Assembly: GCA_951406725.2 (NCBI GenBank)
Contig: OX597821.1
Location: forward strand, 83,638,001 to 83,702,000
Reading direction: 5' to 3'
Length of the DNA stretch: 64,000 nucleotides
Source of the DNA: Octopus vulgaris
Lineage: Eukaryota
The notes under the pieces are model-generated. The model ran no database searches and was not told the origin of the DNA. It saw only the letters and a list, made by a program, of their open reading frames with translations. The position numbers and the translations under genes are program-made. Positions 37,089-50,676 of the stretch are shown here, piece by piece (the stretch's first letter is position 1; every line of letters begins with the position of its first letter).

Positions 37089-37931
37089 ATATCTATATTT
37101 ATCTATCTATATGTAGAGAGAGAGAGAGAGAGAGAGAGACTTGCATTTATGTGTGTGTGTGTGAGTGTATGTGTGTGTGTGTGCATGTATATATGTGTGT
37201 ATATGTATTTGTATGTGTGTGTGTTTGTATGAATGTACATGCATAATGTCATAGCTTCACTAAAACAGTGTTGTTGATTCTTCTTTGTTCTGTACTACGG
37301 TGTGGGTTTGAGGGAGACTTTGACTACTGTTTCTGTCAGACCACGTTGAGACATCCTCAGTTCGTAACATGACAGTAGTTGTTTGCAGCCTTTGCAGATT
37401 CTCCCAGTTCTGGTGCGATCAATGCAGTTAATGCTGAGGTTCAATTTATGCATAACAATGCTTATAAACCGAGAATGCAAAAACCAGGGATGGGGCGGGG
37501 TGGGGTGTTGGAGAAAAATGGCAGCTCCGGTGAGTAGAGGGTGTAGGAGACGACAAGAAGTGGATGCATGTTTGTGAATGTGTTTGGGTTGAGGTGGTGT
37601 ACAGCTTGCTAATTTAGAGAAACAGATGGTGCACACATGGTGGCAGAGCTGGAGCTTATAGTGTGTGGGTGAAGGAAGGTTTGCCTGGTGACCACGTGGT
37701 CAGATATTGGCTAAATTTCGGCTAAAACACGACTACTAGTAATACAAAGCAAAATAAAAAAAAAAGAAAGGGCAAGAGTGGCTGTGTGGTAAGTAGCTTG
37801 CTAACCAACCACATGGTTCTGGGTTCAGTCCCACTGCATGGCACCTTGGGCAAGTGTCTTCTACTATAGCCTCACTCCGACCAAAGCCTTGTGAGCGGAT
37901 TTGGTAGACAGAAACTGAAAGTAGCCCATCG

Positions 37932-37964
<33 letters not shown>

Positions 37965-38089
37965 ATCATCATCATCATCATCATTTCATTTAGCGTCCGT
38001 TTTCCATGCTAGCATGGGTTGGACGGTTCTACTGGGGTCTGTGAAGCCAGAAGGCTTCATCAGGCCCAGTCAAATCTGGCAGTGTTTCT

Positions 38090-38160
<71 letters not shown>

Positions 38161-38675
38161 TTGTATGTGTGTGTGTGTCTGTGTTTGTGTGTCTGTGTTT
38201 GTCTCCCCATCATCGCTTGACAACCGATGCTGGTGTGTTTACATTCCTGGCAAAAGAGACAGATAGAATAAGTACTAAGCTTACAAAGAATAAGTCCTGG
38301 GGTCGATTTGCTCAACTAAGGTGGTGCTCCAGGTTGGCCACAGTCAAATGACTGAAACAAGTAAAAGAGTAAAGTTTCTATGTAATTGTTCAACATGCTA
38401 GAAATAGCAGCCAAATTTTCCTTGGATAACTTAAATAGAGTATGATCAAAAACAGGATGATGAGTGTTTGAATGTCACGATTCAGGGGTTTCCTTGATCA
38501 GAAATGAGAGCAAAAGCAACAACTATAAATACTACCACCACCACCACCACTTTTGCCTCCACCACCACTGCCACAACCACCGCCACCACCACCATCCATT
38601 GCTACAACTGCAACCATCACCACCACAGCCGTGACCACCATCACTGTTGCTGATGTCACTGCCACTGTCACCACC

Positions 38676-38707
<32 letters not shown>

Positions 38708-38708
38708 A

Positions 38709-38772
<64 letters not shown>

Positions 38773-39069
38773 TAAATATGAGCCACTTGGGGTAACCCCG
38801 ATGTCAAACCAATCCACTTTCAAAAAAAATTCTGATTTAAAACCAAATTTAGTTTGGGGAAATCCTAACTTAAAACTGAGAGTTTAAAAACTGGATAAAA
38901 GTTAGTGCTTAGTTAGAAGAGTTGTTAAGGACGAGGTACTTAAAGAAACAAAGAAGAGTTTCAGAAGGATTTTGTTCTAGGGATAAAGATTGCATAAATA
39001 AGGCATTTAGTATGAAAAGGGATAATGGACTTAAAGATAAGAGAAATAAGCTCAAATTCCCTGTAACTA

Positions 39070-39072
<3 letters not shown>
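36160..39072. repeat. Large local inverted duplication: arms 36160-36803 and 38370-39072
   Basis: The arms are reverse complements with only scattered substitutions and a (CTA)n length difference; the spacer is about 1.57 kb. Confidence 0.95.
37772..38372 (+). mobile_element. SINE family A containing an inverted RTE-tail segment (37963-38094) in its internal microsatellite
   Basis: Head and tail match family A; the insert matches 35730-35850. Confidence 0.88.
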
Positions 39073-39126
<54 letters not shown>

Positions 39127-39147
39127 CGTCTTTCTATCTTTCATATG

Positions 39148-39294
<147 letters not shown>

Positions 39295-39299
39295 ATACA

Positions 39300-39505
39300 T
39301 GCCATGATAGATCGTTAGCTACTACACACATTCTTTTCTCTCCTTGTTTCTCTCCTAGTTTTTTTCTGTGTCCCTTTCTGTAGAAGAGCGTAGGCTCGAA
39401 AGGTAAAAGACTTTTTCTATTCCCGAGTGTTATACTAATACATCTGTTTGTTTTGTACACCACCTGTCTTTGTCTTTTGTTTTTTTTGTAAACTCTCCCT
39501 ATATC
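39300..39505 (+). mobile_element. ~200-bp hammerhead-containing repeat in (TA)n; second copy at about 62185-62378 (-)
   Basis: The two copies align along their length. Hammerhead-like motif at 39374-39409. Confidence 0.75.
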
Positions 39506-39710
39506 CCTCTCTCACTTTCGGAGAGGCACAAGCACCTACACGCACATATACACACATGGCAGTAACTTCCGCCTGCCGAATTCAATCACAAAGCTTCGGT
39601 CGGCTCGGGGCTATAGTGGAAGACACCTACCCAAAGTGTCACGCAGTGGGACTGAACCCGAAACCATGTAGCTAGGAAGCAAGCTCCCTAACCACACAGC
39701 CATGCCCACG

Positions 39711-39758
<48 letters not shown>

Positions 39759-40281
39759 CATGTACATATACATATACATATATATGACAGGTTTCTTTCA
39801 GTTTCCATCCACCAAATTCACTCACAAGGCTTTAGTCAGCCCAAAGTTATAGTAGAAGACTCTTGCCGAAAGTACCATGCAGTGGGACTGAACCCAGAAC
39901 TACATGATTGGGAAGCAAGCTCCTTACCAAACAGCTACACCTGAACCTATAGACTGTTCATCATTTTATCATTTTTGTTGTTTTTCAGTCTACCAAAAAA
40001 ATAGATAAAACTGATATGTTTCTAAGTCTAATATGTAGGTTAACAAAGAGAGAGGATTTCTAAAATGATTTTGTTATGGAAAGAAGGATTCGCTTAATAA
40101 AACATTTCGTATGAAAATAGGGTGATGGACTTAAAGATGATAGGAATGAAACAGGAAGAGAAACAGGTGTATCAAGAAGGTGAGATTGAAGTGAGGAGTG
40201 GTGCCTAGTTTAGTTTCACATCGGTCCTGGTCAAACAGATTCGTGATAAACTACATCATCTAATGTTTCCTTCATTCTTAA

Positions 40282-40502
40282 CCCTTTTGTTACCAACCCG
40301 GCTGAAACCGGCTCTGGCTCTGAATACAAATGTCTTGTTTTCATAAGTTTTGAATTAAAATCTTCCACCAAACCTTAGTCACGATTTATGCTCCTAACAC
40401 TAGCTGAATGATAACCAACTTATTTTACTAAATTCTTTGTTATATTTAAAATTAATTGAAAGAAACTCAGAGCATCTCAAAATAAATGCAGTAATGAAAG
40501 GG
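40282..40502. mobile_element. piggyBac-type MITE
   Basis: TTAA flanks (40278-40281, 40503-40506) and TIRs CCCTTTTGTTAC / GTAATGAAAGGG. Confidence 0.85.
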
Positions 40503-40989
40503 TTAAGGATGTCAGGGTACAAAACAGAATACATTTGGCTGCTACTACCAGCAGGTTGAGTTGGTGCACTGAGGCATCTTTACATGATGGCTCATGTGCA
40601 CCAGGTATATTTTTTTAATAAAGTCTACTGCAAGTTATCAAATGTTTTGTGCTTTGGCTGGCTGGCTGGTGGTGGTGGTGATGGTGGTGGTGATGGTGGT
40701 GGTGGTGGTGATGGTGTTGTTGTTGATGGTGGTGGGGGAGGGGCGGTGATGTTGGAGGTGGGAGTGATGATAATAATGATGCAGGTTTTCTGTCAGTATT
40801 ATGTAACTTAATATAGTCAGACATTAGTTCCTGTGTGATGCATGTGTTGTCTACACAACATCCTGAACAGATGACTGCAACATATTGTACATTATATCTA
40901 CATCATAATGTGCACCAGTCGTTAGTTCCATGTGCATTTTAATTCTAACTTGACATTGTTTGTACATGCAAAGTGTGTACTTTGCATAA

Positions 40990-41160
40990 GCTGCTGCTGC
41001 TGCTGCTGCTACTACTACTACCACTACTACTACCACTACTACTACCACTACTACTACCACTACTACTACCACTACTACTACCACTACCACCACCACCAAC
41101 ACCACCACCACCACTACTACTACTACCACCACCACCACCACTACTACTACTACCACCACC

Positions 41161-41243
<83 letters not shown>

Positions 41244-41574
41244 CACTACTACTACCACCAATACCACAATTAATCTGCTGCTGCTGTTGTTGGTGTTTTT
41301 GTTTAGCTCCCTGTCAGTACTGATCCAGCAGACCTATGATCAAAGGCGTCCCAGACATGGCCATCCCCTCTAGCATCTTTCCCTTTTTATTTTTTTCAGA
41401 CATTCTGTGTCTAGGACTACATTATCTAGTGCATCCCTCTTTTTGTAAGATAGTAGGATGTATGATTTGAGGTGGGTGGGGAGGGTTTGGCTACTATTTC
41501 TAGCAGGTCGCATAATCATCTAAAAGGCTCTCTTTCATTTTTCACAAGTTCATTGTAATGCTGCTGCTGCTATG

Positions 41575-41642
<68 letters not shown>

Positions 41643-41656
41643 ATTGCTGCTGCTTC

Positions 41657-41705
<49 letters not shown>

Positions 41706-41809
41706 ACTACTACTACTACTACTACTAATACCATTGCTGCTGTGCTGCTGCCACTACTACTAACAGCACCACCATTGCTGCTGCTACCACCACCACCACC
41801 ACCACCACC

Positions 41810-41895
<86 letters not shown>

Positions 41896-41962
41896 CGCCG
41901 CTGCTGCTGCCGCCGCTGCTGCTGCTGCTGCTACTGCTACTACTACTGCTGCTGCTGCTACA
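40990..41962. repeat. Compound (CTG)/(CTA)/(CCA) trinucleotide arrays
   Basis: Directly visible arrays at 40990-41265 and 41560-41962. Confidence 0.95.
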
Positions 41963-42653
41963 ACAATACAGCTACTATTTCTCTCTGCCAATGAGGGTGC
42001 CTCTATGCATTTATTTGTTCTGCAAAAAATAACAACAAAATCTCCTTCAAACCACATACTGCTATCTTGAAAAAAGGAAGGGCTCATTGAATAAGATTGT
42101 CTGCTTGTAGGTCTGCTAGATCAAGACTGGTCTTTGGCTAATCAATAACTGTTACTACTGCTGCTGCTGCTGTTGCTGCTGCTGCTGTTACTACTACTGC
42201 TCCTATTGATTTCTCTCTTAGGCACAAGGCCAATTCTGGAGTAACTGGCATATGGCCAATTTTATTGATTCACCAAAACTTATCTTTGTCAATGCCAGTA
42301 AGTATAGTGGGGAATTAACATCAATGGGATTTGAACTCAAAGCCATTTTAAGTGAAAACTAAGACACACTGGATGCAGTAACAGACTGCTTCTAAAGTGA
42401 CCGGTTACTATTTGTACCAGCTAAGATGGTGAGCTGGCAGAATCATTAGCATGCCGGGTGAAACAGTGGAATTTTGTCCATCCTTTCATTCTGAGTTCAA
42501 ATTCCACTGAGGTCTTCTTTGCCTTTCGTCCATTCGAGGTTGATAAATTAAGTACCAGTGAAACCCTAAGGTTGATGTAATTGACTAATCTCCTCCCCAC
42601 AAATTTCAGGCCTTGTGCCTTTAGTAGAAAGGATTATTATTATTATTATTATT

Positions 42654-43050
42654 GTTTTTTTTTCCCTCTTTCTTTAAATTTTCTTCCATTTCTTGCCAGG
42701 TGTTTTCCGTACCCCGAGGGCAGAGAAGCTCATTGTATGCATTCCCAGATTACACACTCAAATTCACAGGTAAGATAAATAAATTCATGAATGGATGCTG
42801 TTTTCACAGCAATAATGCTCTTCTCAGTACATGAGTCGTTCCAGTTAATACGATTTTTTGCATTTCCTGTAGGGATGGTAAGCCTGGTATCATTTTCAAG
42901 TAGGTTTCAGTACCTTTTTTTATCATTCCTAGAGATCCTACAATCACTGGTATTGTAGTCGCCTTGAGATTCCACATTATTTCAATTTCTATTAGCAAGT
43001 CTTTATATTTACTGATCTTGTCAAATTCTTTCGCCGCTATATTGTCGCTA
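42654..43050 (-). mobile_element. R4/Dong LINE 3' end, second subfamily, inside (TAA)n
   Basis: ...KISKYKDLLIEIEIMWNLKATTIPVIVGSLGMIKK...MQKIVLTGTTHVLRRAL; paralogous to 56116-56400 but with a different 3' UTR. Confidence 0.88.
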
Positions 43051-43133
<83 letters not shown>

Positions 43134-43438
43134 TTATTATTCATCGTTTAACGTCTGCTTTCCATGCTAGCATGGGTTGAACGATTTGACTGAGGTTGGC
43201 GAACCTGATGGCTGCACTAGGCTCCAATCTGATCTGGTAGAGTTTCTACAGTTGGATGCCCTTCCTAACGTCAACCACTCCGAGAGTGTAGTGGGTGCTT
43301 TTATGTGCCACCGGCACGAGGGCCAGTCAGGCAGTACTGGCAACAGCCACACTCAAATGGTGTTTTTTACATGCAACCTGCACAGGAGCCAGTCCAGTGG
43401 CACTGGCAACGACCTCGCTCGAATGTTTTTCACGTGCC

Positions 43439-43507
<69 letters not shown>

Positions 43508-43860
43508 GGCGGTGAGCTGGCAGAATCGTTAGCTTAGTGGTATTTCATCTGACCTTATGTCCTGAGTTCAAATTCTGCTGAGGTCAACATTGCTTTTCAT
43601 CCTTTCGGGGTTGATAAATTAAGTAGCAGTGAAACACTGACTGCGATGTAATCAACTAGTCTCCTCCCCACAAATTTCAGGCCTTGTGCTTTTAGGAGAA
43701 AGGATTATTTGTACCAACTTTAAAATCATAATGACAACAACAACCATAATAATGATTTCAAATTTTGGCACAAGGCCAGCAATTTCGAGGTTGGGGTAAG
43801 TTGAGTATATTTACCCCAGTACTCAACTGGTTCTAATGATTCTGCTTGCTTGCTGCCTTT

Positions 43861-43903
<43 letters not shown>

Positions 43904-44047
43904 TGATGATGATGATAATGATGATGATGATAACAATAATAAATGCCCTGATGCAGTACCAGGCAGTGGCTCTTGTGGCTTCTGATCTTAACTGATTGGA
44001 AGTGCTTGGAAACAGATAAGTATTGGTAGCAGGAAAGCATCCGGTTA

Positions 44048-44455
44048 TACTCTTTTATTTGTTTCAGTCACTTGACTGCGACCATGCTGGAGCACCACCT
44101 TTAGTTGAACAAATCGACTCCAGGACTCATTCTTTGTAAGACTAGTACTTATTCTATTGGTCTCTTTTGCCGAACTACTAAGTTATGGGGACGTAAACAC
44201 ACCAGCATCGATTGTCAAGCGATGATGGGGGAACAAACACAGACATATAAACACACACACACACAAGTTTATATATATATATATACATATGACGTGCTTC
44301 TTTCAGTTTCCACCTACTAAATCCATTCACAAGGCTTTGGTCGGCCTGAGGCTATAGTAGAAGACCTTTACCCAAGGTGCCATGCAGTGGGACCGAACTC
44401 GGAATCCATTTGGTTTGTAAGGAAGCTACTTACCACACAGCCACTCCTGCGCCTA
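44048..44455 (-). mobile_element. SINE family A, full length
   Basis: Reverse complement of the family A consensus. Confidence 0.9.
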
Positions 44456-44737
44456 TAGAAAAATTTTCTCAACAAATTCAATCTGACCAATGCAAGCATA
44501 GAAAAGTGGATGGTCAAACAATGATGATGATGATGATGATAATGTTTATATACCAAATTCAAATCCAAAGTGCCATGCAACGGGATTGAACCAGGAACTG
44601 TGTGGCTGCAAAGTGAAATTCTTAACTACATAACTGTGCCTGCATTATTAAAATTAAAACTCAGAAAAAAATCATTAAAAAAGTATTAGATTATCTTATT
44701 AATTATATTTGTGAATAACGAAATTATCATTAACATG

Positions 44738-45108
44738 CTGCCGGTGGCACATAAAAAGCACCATCCGTTCGTGAACAGTTGCCAGCCTTACCTGGCCCCC
44801 GTGCCGGTGGCACGTAAAAAGCACCATCGGTTCGTGGCCATTGCCAGCCTTGCCTGGCCCCCGTGCCGGTGGCACATAAAAAGTACCATCCGTCCATGGC
44901 CGTTTGCCAGCTCCGTCTGGCACCTGTGTGGGTGGCACGTAAAAAGCACCCACTACACTCACGGAGTGGTTGGCGTTAGGAAGGGCATCCAGCCGTAGAA
45001 ACATTGCCAGATCAGACTGGGCCTGCTGCAGCCTTCTAGCTTCCCAGACCCCCGGTTGAACCGTCCAACCCATGCTAGCATGGAAAGCGGACGCTAAATG
45101 ATGATGAT
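44738..45108 (+). mobile_element. RTE LINE 3' UTR with four tandem ~60-bp hairpin units
   Basis: Repeated GTGCCGGTGGCACRTAAAAAGCACC followed by the common (GAT)n tail. Other tail copies at 34678-34843, 43140-43440 (-), 46170-46432, 51196-51968 (-), 58190-58625 (-), 58760-58908, 62487-62660 (-) and 63235-63617 (-). Confidence 0.88.
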
Positions 45109-45354
45109 GCTTTCAAGACACAAGGGCATTAGTATGGGAGAGGTTAAGTCTTAAATTATATTTTTAAAGATCTGAGGTACAACTCGATATATTTCATGGA
45201 ATGGAACCAAATGTATGGTAGTACCCTGAGAACCACTGCCATAGCATCTTAAAAAGGAACATGATATGATAGATAATATGGTTCCATCAACCCTAACAAA
45301 GACAGGATGGTCATGCCTGGAATGCCTTTCATTATAGACTTGTTCTGTTAAGTA

Positions 45355-45600
45355 AAGTAAAGTTATCTTCTTGAGTCATATTGACTCCTAAGGGCCGGTT
45401 TCCCTGTTTCCAAGGTGTATTTATTCCCCACCTGGATGGGATGCTGGCCCATTGCAGGATTACTCACTTTTGTCAGCTGAGTGGACTGGAGCAAGGTGAA
45501 GTGAAGTGTTTTTCTCAAGAATACAATGCATCACCCAATCCAGGAATTGAAACCTTATGATCATGAGTCCAACACCCTAACCACTGAGCCATGCACCTTC
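45355..45600 (-). mobile_element. tRNA-derived CORE-like SINE (family D-type head, different tail)
   Basis: Minus strand TGGCTCAGTGG...GGTTTCAATTCC...TTCTTGAGAAAAACACTT...CCAGTCCACTCAGCTG; related heads at 48573-48700 and 62981-63140. Confidence 0.75.
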
Positions 45601-45770
45601 TATTACGGTTGAATTATGGTTGAACAATAACAACAACATCAACAACAACAGCAACATCATTTTGTCACCCAAAACTTGGTGTTTGGATTATACACATGAG
45701 CCGCATTCCTGAATAAAACAGACAGTTTTCCTCAAGTGTTTTTCTTGTGTGGATGAAACGGCCTCTACAT

Positions 45771-46891
45771 CAGGATGCCCCAACCACTGGGCTGCAGACC
45801 AAATCCAGACTGTGGATCATTTGGTACTGAGCTGCACAGAAAGAATAAATTTTTTTAAATTTTTAGTTGTATTCTATGTATTACAGTGTAATTATATAAT
45901 CTTGTTACCAGTTCAAATATGCTTGAGACATACTCAAACCCATAAGGAAGGCTTTTCCTTGCATTTTGTCACAAAGAAAAATTCTCACTGTTGACATAAA
46001 GTTAGTCTGGAGCACCTTCTACCCAGATCAATGTTATCAGACATAAGTTGGTGCCTCCTACCCATCAATCTGGGTAGAGTGTTCTCCAGTCTGATTTGAT
46101 GTATTTACCCTTTTGTCTAAAGCTGTGAACTCCTATGATTCCCATTTTAATCTACTGGACTTACATAGCCATTTGATGGGCATTTGGAAGGGCATCCAGT
46201 TGTGAAAATCATGCCAAAACTGACCTTCCCTTTGCCCGTGCCACATAAAAGCCACTCTGTCCACTCCGCTGAGAGGTTGGTGTTAAGAAGGACATCCAAC
46301 CATAAAAACCATGCAAAAACAGTCACAGAAGTCTGGTGCATTCTCCTGCCTGGCCATCTCCTCCTGTCAAACCATCTCACCTATGCCAGCATGGAAGGCA
46401 GACATTAAAGGATGATGATGATGATGATGATGAAAAAAAGTCCTACTGTATTTTTTATAACAAGTAAAACATTTTGTATATTGTAGGAGTATAAGAAATT
46501 TATTGCACATGAATTTTTATAACAAAATCTTATATGGACTTCCAAGAGCCAATATGGACCCTGAGTGAGAACTACAGATAGTGAGAATTTTTCTCTGTCA
46601 CAAAATGTAGTGAATGGCTATGGGCTTGAATATGTTGCAAGAATACTTGGTAGGAAGTTTATATTTATATACATCACTGCTTAGTGCTACTAATCCATTA
46701 TAGTTTTACAGCAGAAATAAAGTGCATAATATACAATGCAATAATTGAATTTGCATAACGAGTATATATGTAATAATTAAATTATATTCTATGCACTTTT
46801 GTTTTGTCATTTGTGTGATTCTCTGAGCCATGGAAAAAAATTGTCTTGTGTGAAATCAGTCCTTGGTGCAATAAATGGTTAGGAACTACAG
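45771..46891. mobile_element. Decayed hAT-Charlie (MER1/Charlie3-like) non-autonomous element with nested insertions
   Basis: Left end CAGGATGCCCCAACCACTGGGCTGCAGACC...GCTGCACAG and right end CCATGGAAAAAAATTGTCTT...CAGTCCTTGGTGCAATAAATGGTTAGGAACTACAG resemble MER1-type termini; left flank CTCTACAT. Confidence 0.6.
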
Positions 46892-47766
46892 CAGTACTCA
46901 ATCACTTGGTTTGCTAGAAATGCCAGCTTAATCTCACTTAAACTTCACCCATCAATCTTTAAAAAAATGCAAGAAACTCATTGAATATTGTAACTCAGTC
47001 TTAGCGGTTCGGCAAAAGAGACTGATAGAATAAGTACTGGGCTTACAAAGAATAAGTCCCGGGGTCGATTTGCTCGACTAAAGGCGGTGCTCCAGCATGG
47101 CCGCAGTCAAATGACTGAAACAAGAAAAATAGTAAATAGTAAAAAATAGTAGTCTGACAGAAAAGAAAAGTAAAGAAAAGAAAAAGGATAACAAGCAGAA
47201 TATGGGCATAGCTGCAAGGTCTTTGATCATATAGGTCTACTGGGATCATGTCTAGCCTGGGGTTAAATAACAAACAACCATTTCTATCTGCCATGTTTTT
47301 CACCTAAATGCTTTTTACCATGTTTTTCCTGTTACAGTCTTTTATAATCTTCAGACTAGACTAAAATAAATAAATAAATAAAATTTTTAAAAATGAAAGA
47401 AAAGAAAAAGAAATTAGCACGTTAACCTTGCAGCAAGTCTGTCTCTCTTTTAATATCTAAATTAAATCAGTGAAAAGCACTAAGGAATTGAATATTTAAT
47501 TAAATATTTTAATGAAAATATGTATTATCATGGATAGATTTTAAAATTTCATGGCCATTCCCTTTTGTCTTTGCCATTTTATCGTTATATTCAAATTAGA
47601 TATATAATGGCAGTTAATATTTAATTACATTCTTTAATAATAATAATAACTGACATATATTAATTAAATATATTTTAATTAAATCAATAATAATTAATAA
47701 TATTACTTCCTTTTCCTGCTATTCTTAATGTGTTATTTTTCAGTTCATATATAATATATGTGTATA

Positions 47767-47807
<41 letters not shown>

Positions 47808-47815
47808 CACACAAA

Positions 47816-47886
<71 letters not shown>

Positions 47887-48164
47887 GTATGTATGTATTA
47901 TGTATGTATATATATATATCTTATATATAAATATATATCTTATATACTCATTTACATATATATATATGTGTATGCATGCACACATGTACATGTACATACA
48001 CACACATACATGCACACATACTATTTTTGTTTTACAATTATAAAAATAGTTCTCAATACCTGTTGTAGAGTATGTTTATTATATTTCACTTGTATCATAA
48101 AGTTTGTAAAATGGAAATGTTAAAAAATATACATAGTTACATACACACGTACATGCATATACAT

Positions 48165-48214
48165 ACATGTGTATGTATGTATGCATGTATGTATGTATCT
48201 ATGTATGTATGTAC

Positions 48215-48245
<31 letters not shown>

Positions 48246-48360
48246 TGTATGTATGATTTATGTATGTATGTATGTATGTATGTATGTATGTATGTATGTT
48301 TGTATGTATGTATGTATGTATGTACATATGTATGTATGTATGATGTATGTATGTATGTAC

Positions 48361-48391
<31 letters not shown>

Positions 48392-48461
48392 TGTATGTGT
48401 GTGTGTGTGTATGTATGTACGTATGTATGTATGTATGTATGTATGTACGTAAGTATGTATG

Positions 48462-48493
<32 letters not shown>

Positions 48494-48531
48494 TGTATGT
48501 ATGTATGTATGTATGTATGTATGTATGTATG

Positions 48532-48560
<29 letters not shown>
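48165..48560. repeat. (TATG)n tetranucleotide microsatellite, ~400 bp
   Basis: Directly visible. Confidence 0.98.
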
Positions 48561-48562
<2 letters not shown>

Positions 48563-48572
48563 TCTACTAAGT

Positions 48573-48885
48573 GTGAAGGCATGTGGTTTAGTGGTTAGAG
48601 CATTTGGCTTGTAATGATAAGGTTGCGAGTTCAATTGTCAGCTGTGTGTTATGTCCTTAAGCAAGACACTGTATTTTCACATCCATTCAACTAGCAAAAA
48701 TAACTTGTACCTGGGTTTGAAAGGTCCAGCCTTGTTATATTCTGTGTCACACTGAATCTCCCTGAGAACGACATTAATATATGTGTGTGTCTGTGGAGTA
48801 CTCAACCACTTGAATGTTAATTTCACAAGCAGGCTGTTCCATTGACCAGATCAACTGGAACCCTCATCATCGTAAATGGCTGGAA
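48573..48885 (+). mobile_element. tRNA-derived CORE-like SINE sharing its 3' half with 15707-16092
   Basis: A-box TGGTTTAGTGG, B-box GAGTTCAATT, TCCTTAAGCAAGACAC; 3' half TTAATTTCACAAGCAGGCTGTTCC...ACCCTCATCATC. Confidence 0.75.
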
Positions 48886-48888
48886 AAA

Positions 48889-49296
48889 GGCACAGGAGTG
48901 GCTGTCTGGTAAGTAGCTTGCTAACCAACCACATGGTTCCGGGTTCAGTCCCACTGCGTGGCATCTTGGGCAAGTGTCTTCTGCTATAGCCCCGGGTCGA
49001 CCAATGCCTTGTGAGTGGATTTGGTAGACGGAAACTGAAAGAAGCCTGTCGTATATATGTATATATATGTGTGTATGTGTGTGTGTTTGTGTATGTGTGT
49101 TTGTCCCCCTAGCATTGCTTGACAACCGATGCTGGTGTGTTTATGTCCCCATTACTTAGCGGTTCGGCAAAAAAGACCGATAGAATAAGTACTGGGCTTA
49201 CAAAGAATAAGTCCTAGGGTCGATTTGCTCGATTAAAGGCGGTGTTCCAGCATGGCCGCAGTCAAATGACTGAAACAAGTAAAAGAGTAAAAGAGT
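48889..49296 (+). mobile_element. SINE family A, full length, young
   Basis: Near-identical to 26209-26617 and 16124-16519. Confidence 0.92.
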
Positions 49297-49982
49297 ATAT
49301 TAGTGAATGGGTCAACACATTTAGAAGTTTGAGGGTCCTTAGCTGTTCTTTTAGTTAAAATTAACAAATGTAAAGCCAAAATGGAAATGCCAGTTAGAAC
49401 ATAAATATTTTTGTAAGTCGACTAATTACTGAATAATTGGATTATCCATTTCCTACTCCCATTGCAGAAATATTCACATGTGCACATTCTAGTTAACTTC
49501 CTTATTTTGATCATGTGATTGACATGGGTTCTGTATTGTCTATAGACTAAGAAACCTCTACATCTTCACAGTAGCGACTGAAAGTTCTATCTTTTTCTGT
49601 TGCACTATGGTGGTTTTGGTGGTAGTATGATGGTGGTGGTGTGGTGGTGGTGGTGGTGGTGGTGGTGATTGTGATATGGAGATAGATGTGGTGATGGTGA
49701 TTGCAGTGGTGGTCATAGTGGTGGTGGTGGTGTTGTTGTTGGTGGTAATGGCAGTGGTGGTGATGGTGATGGTATGGACGTGGTGGTGGTGGCAGTGACA
49801 GCGATGGTAGTAATAGTGGTGATGATGGTGTCGGTGGTGGTGGTGTTGGTGGTAGTGGTAGTGGTAGATATCTGTTGTTTGGCAGTGAGTGTTTAATTGT
49901 TTGATTCAACTGAATTATCTGCTACTGAATTAGCATGTAAGTGGCTGAATACTCCACAGATACAGTATGTGACAAGATTACC

Positions 49983-50018
<36 letters not shown>

Positions 50019-50676
50019 GCTGGCAGAATCATTAGTGCACTGAGTGAAATACTTAGTAGCATTTTGTCCATCTTTACATTCTGAGTTCAAATTCTGCCAA
50101 GGTGAACTTAGCCTTTCACCCTTTAGAGGTCAGTGAAATAAGTGCCATTACGCTTTGATTGGTTTTTATGCAGTTTCCATTTTTTTTTTGTATTTAAAAT
50201 TTTTCTTCAGCCCTAGGGCTTGAAAAGTCGCTTACACAGTTTCCATGCCTTACAAGTGACCAAGATCACAACATCCCCCACTGAACAGGATGCTGATCCT
50301 TTGCAAGTTTCTGTCTACTCTAATATTCTAGAAAATGCCATTTATCCAAGATGCTATGGAATGGAATTCAACCTGCTGCCTCTTGGTTGTCAACTGAACA
50401 GGTGCTTCGGAAGTAATTAAAGCCCTCATTAAGAAAAGTGCGAAAGGCAAATCACCTCCTCAACAGTATTTGAATATAAACACAGAATATTGGTTTCAAA
50501 TTTTGGCACAAGGCCAGCAATTTCAGAGTAGGGGATAAGTCAATTAAATTGTCCCCAGTGCTCAACTGGTACTTATTTTATTGAATCTGAAAGGATGAAA
50601 AGGAGACAATCTTTAACTGGAAACATAGTACAAAGCTGCTTCAACACCATACTCTGTGATGAGGATAATGATAATA

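Noticed and set aside
43941-44004. Resemblance of the family C end to U2 snRNA (ATCAGTTAAGATC, CCTGGTACTGCA)
   Set aside because: Only two short imperfect matches, wrongly spaced and antisense to the element.
44738-44960. CRISPR-like array of palindromic repeats
   Set aside because: The 'spacers' are homologous to each other, the array is part of an RTE LINE 3' UTR, there are no cas genes, and the DNA is eukaryotic.
45700-45850. Possible minus-strand coding exon after a polypyrimidine/CAG acceptor
   Set aside because: Better explained as the left terminus of a hAT element; all frames close quickly.
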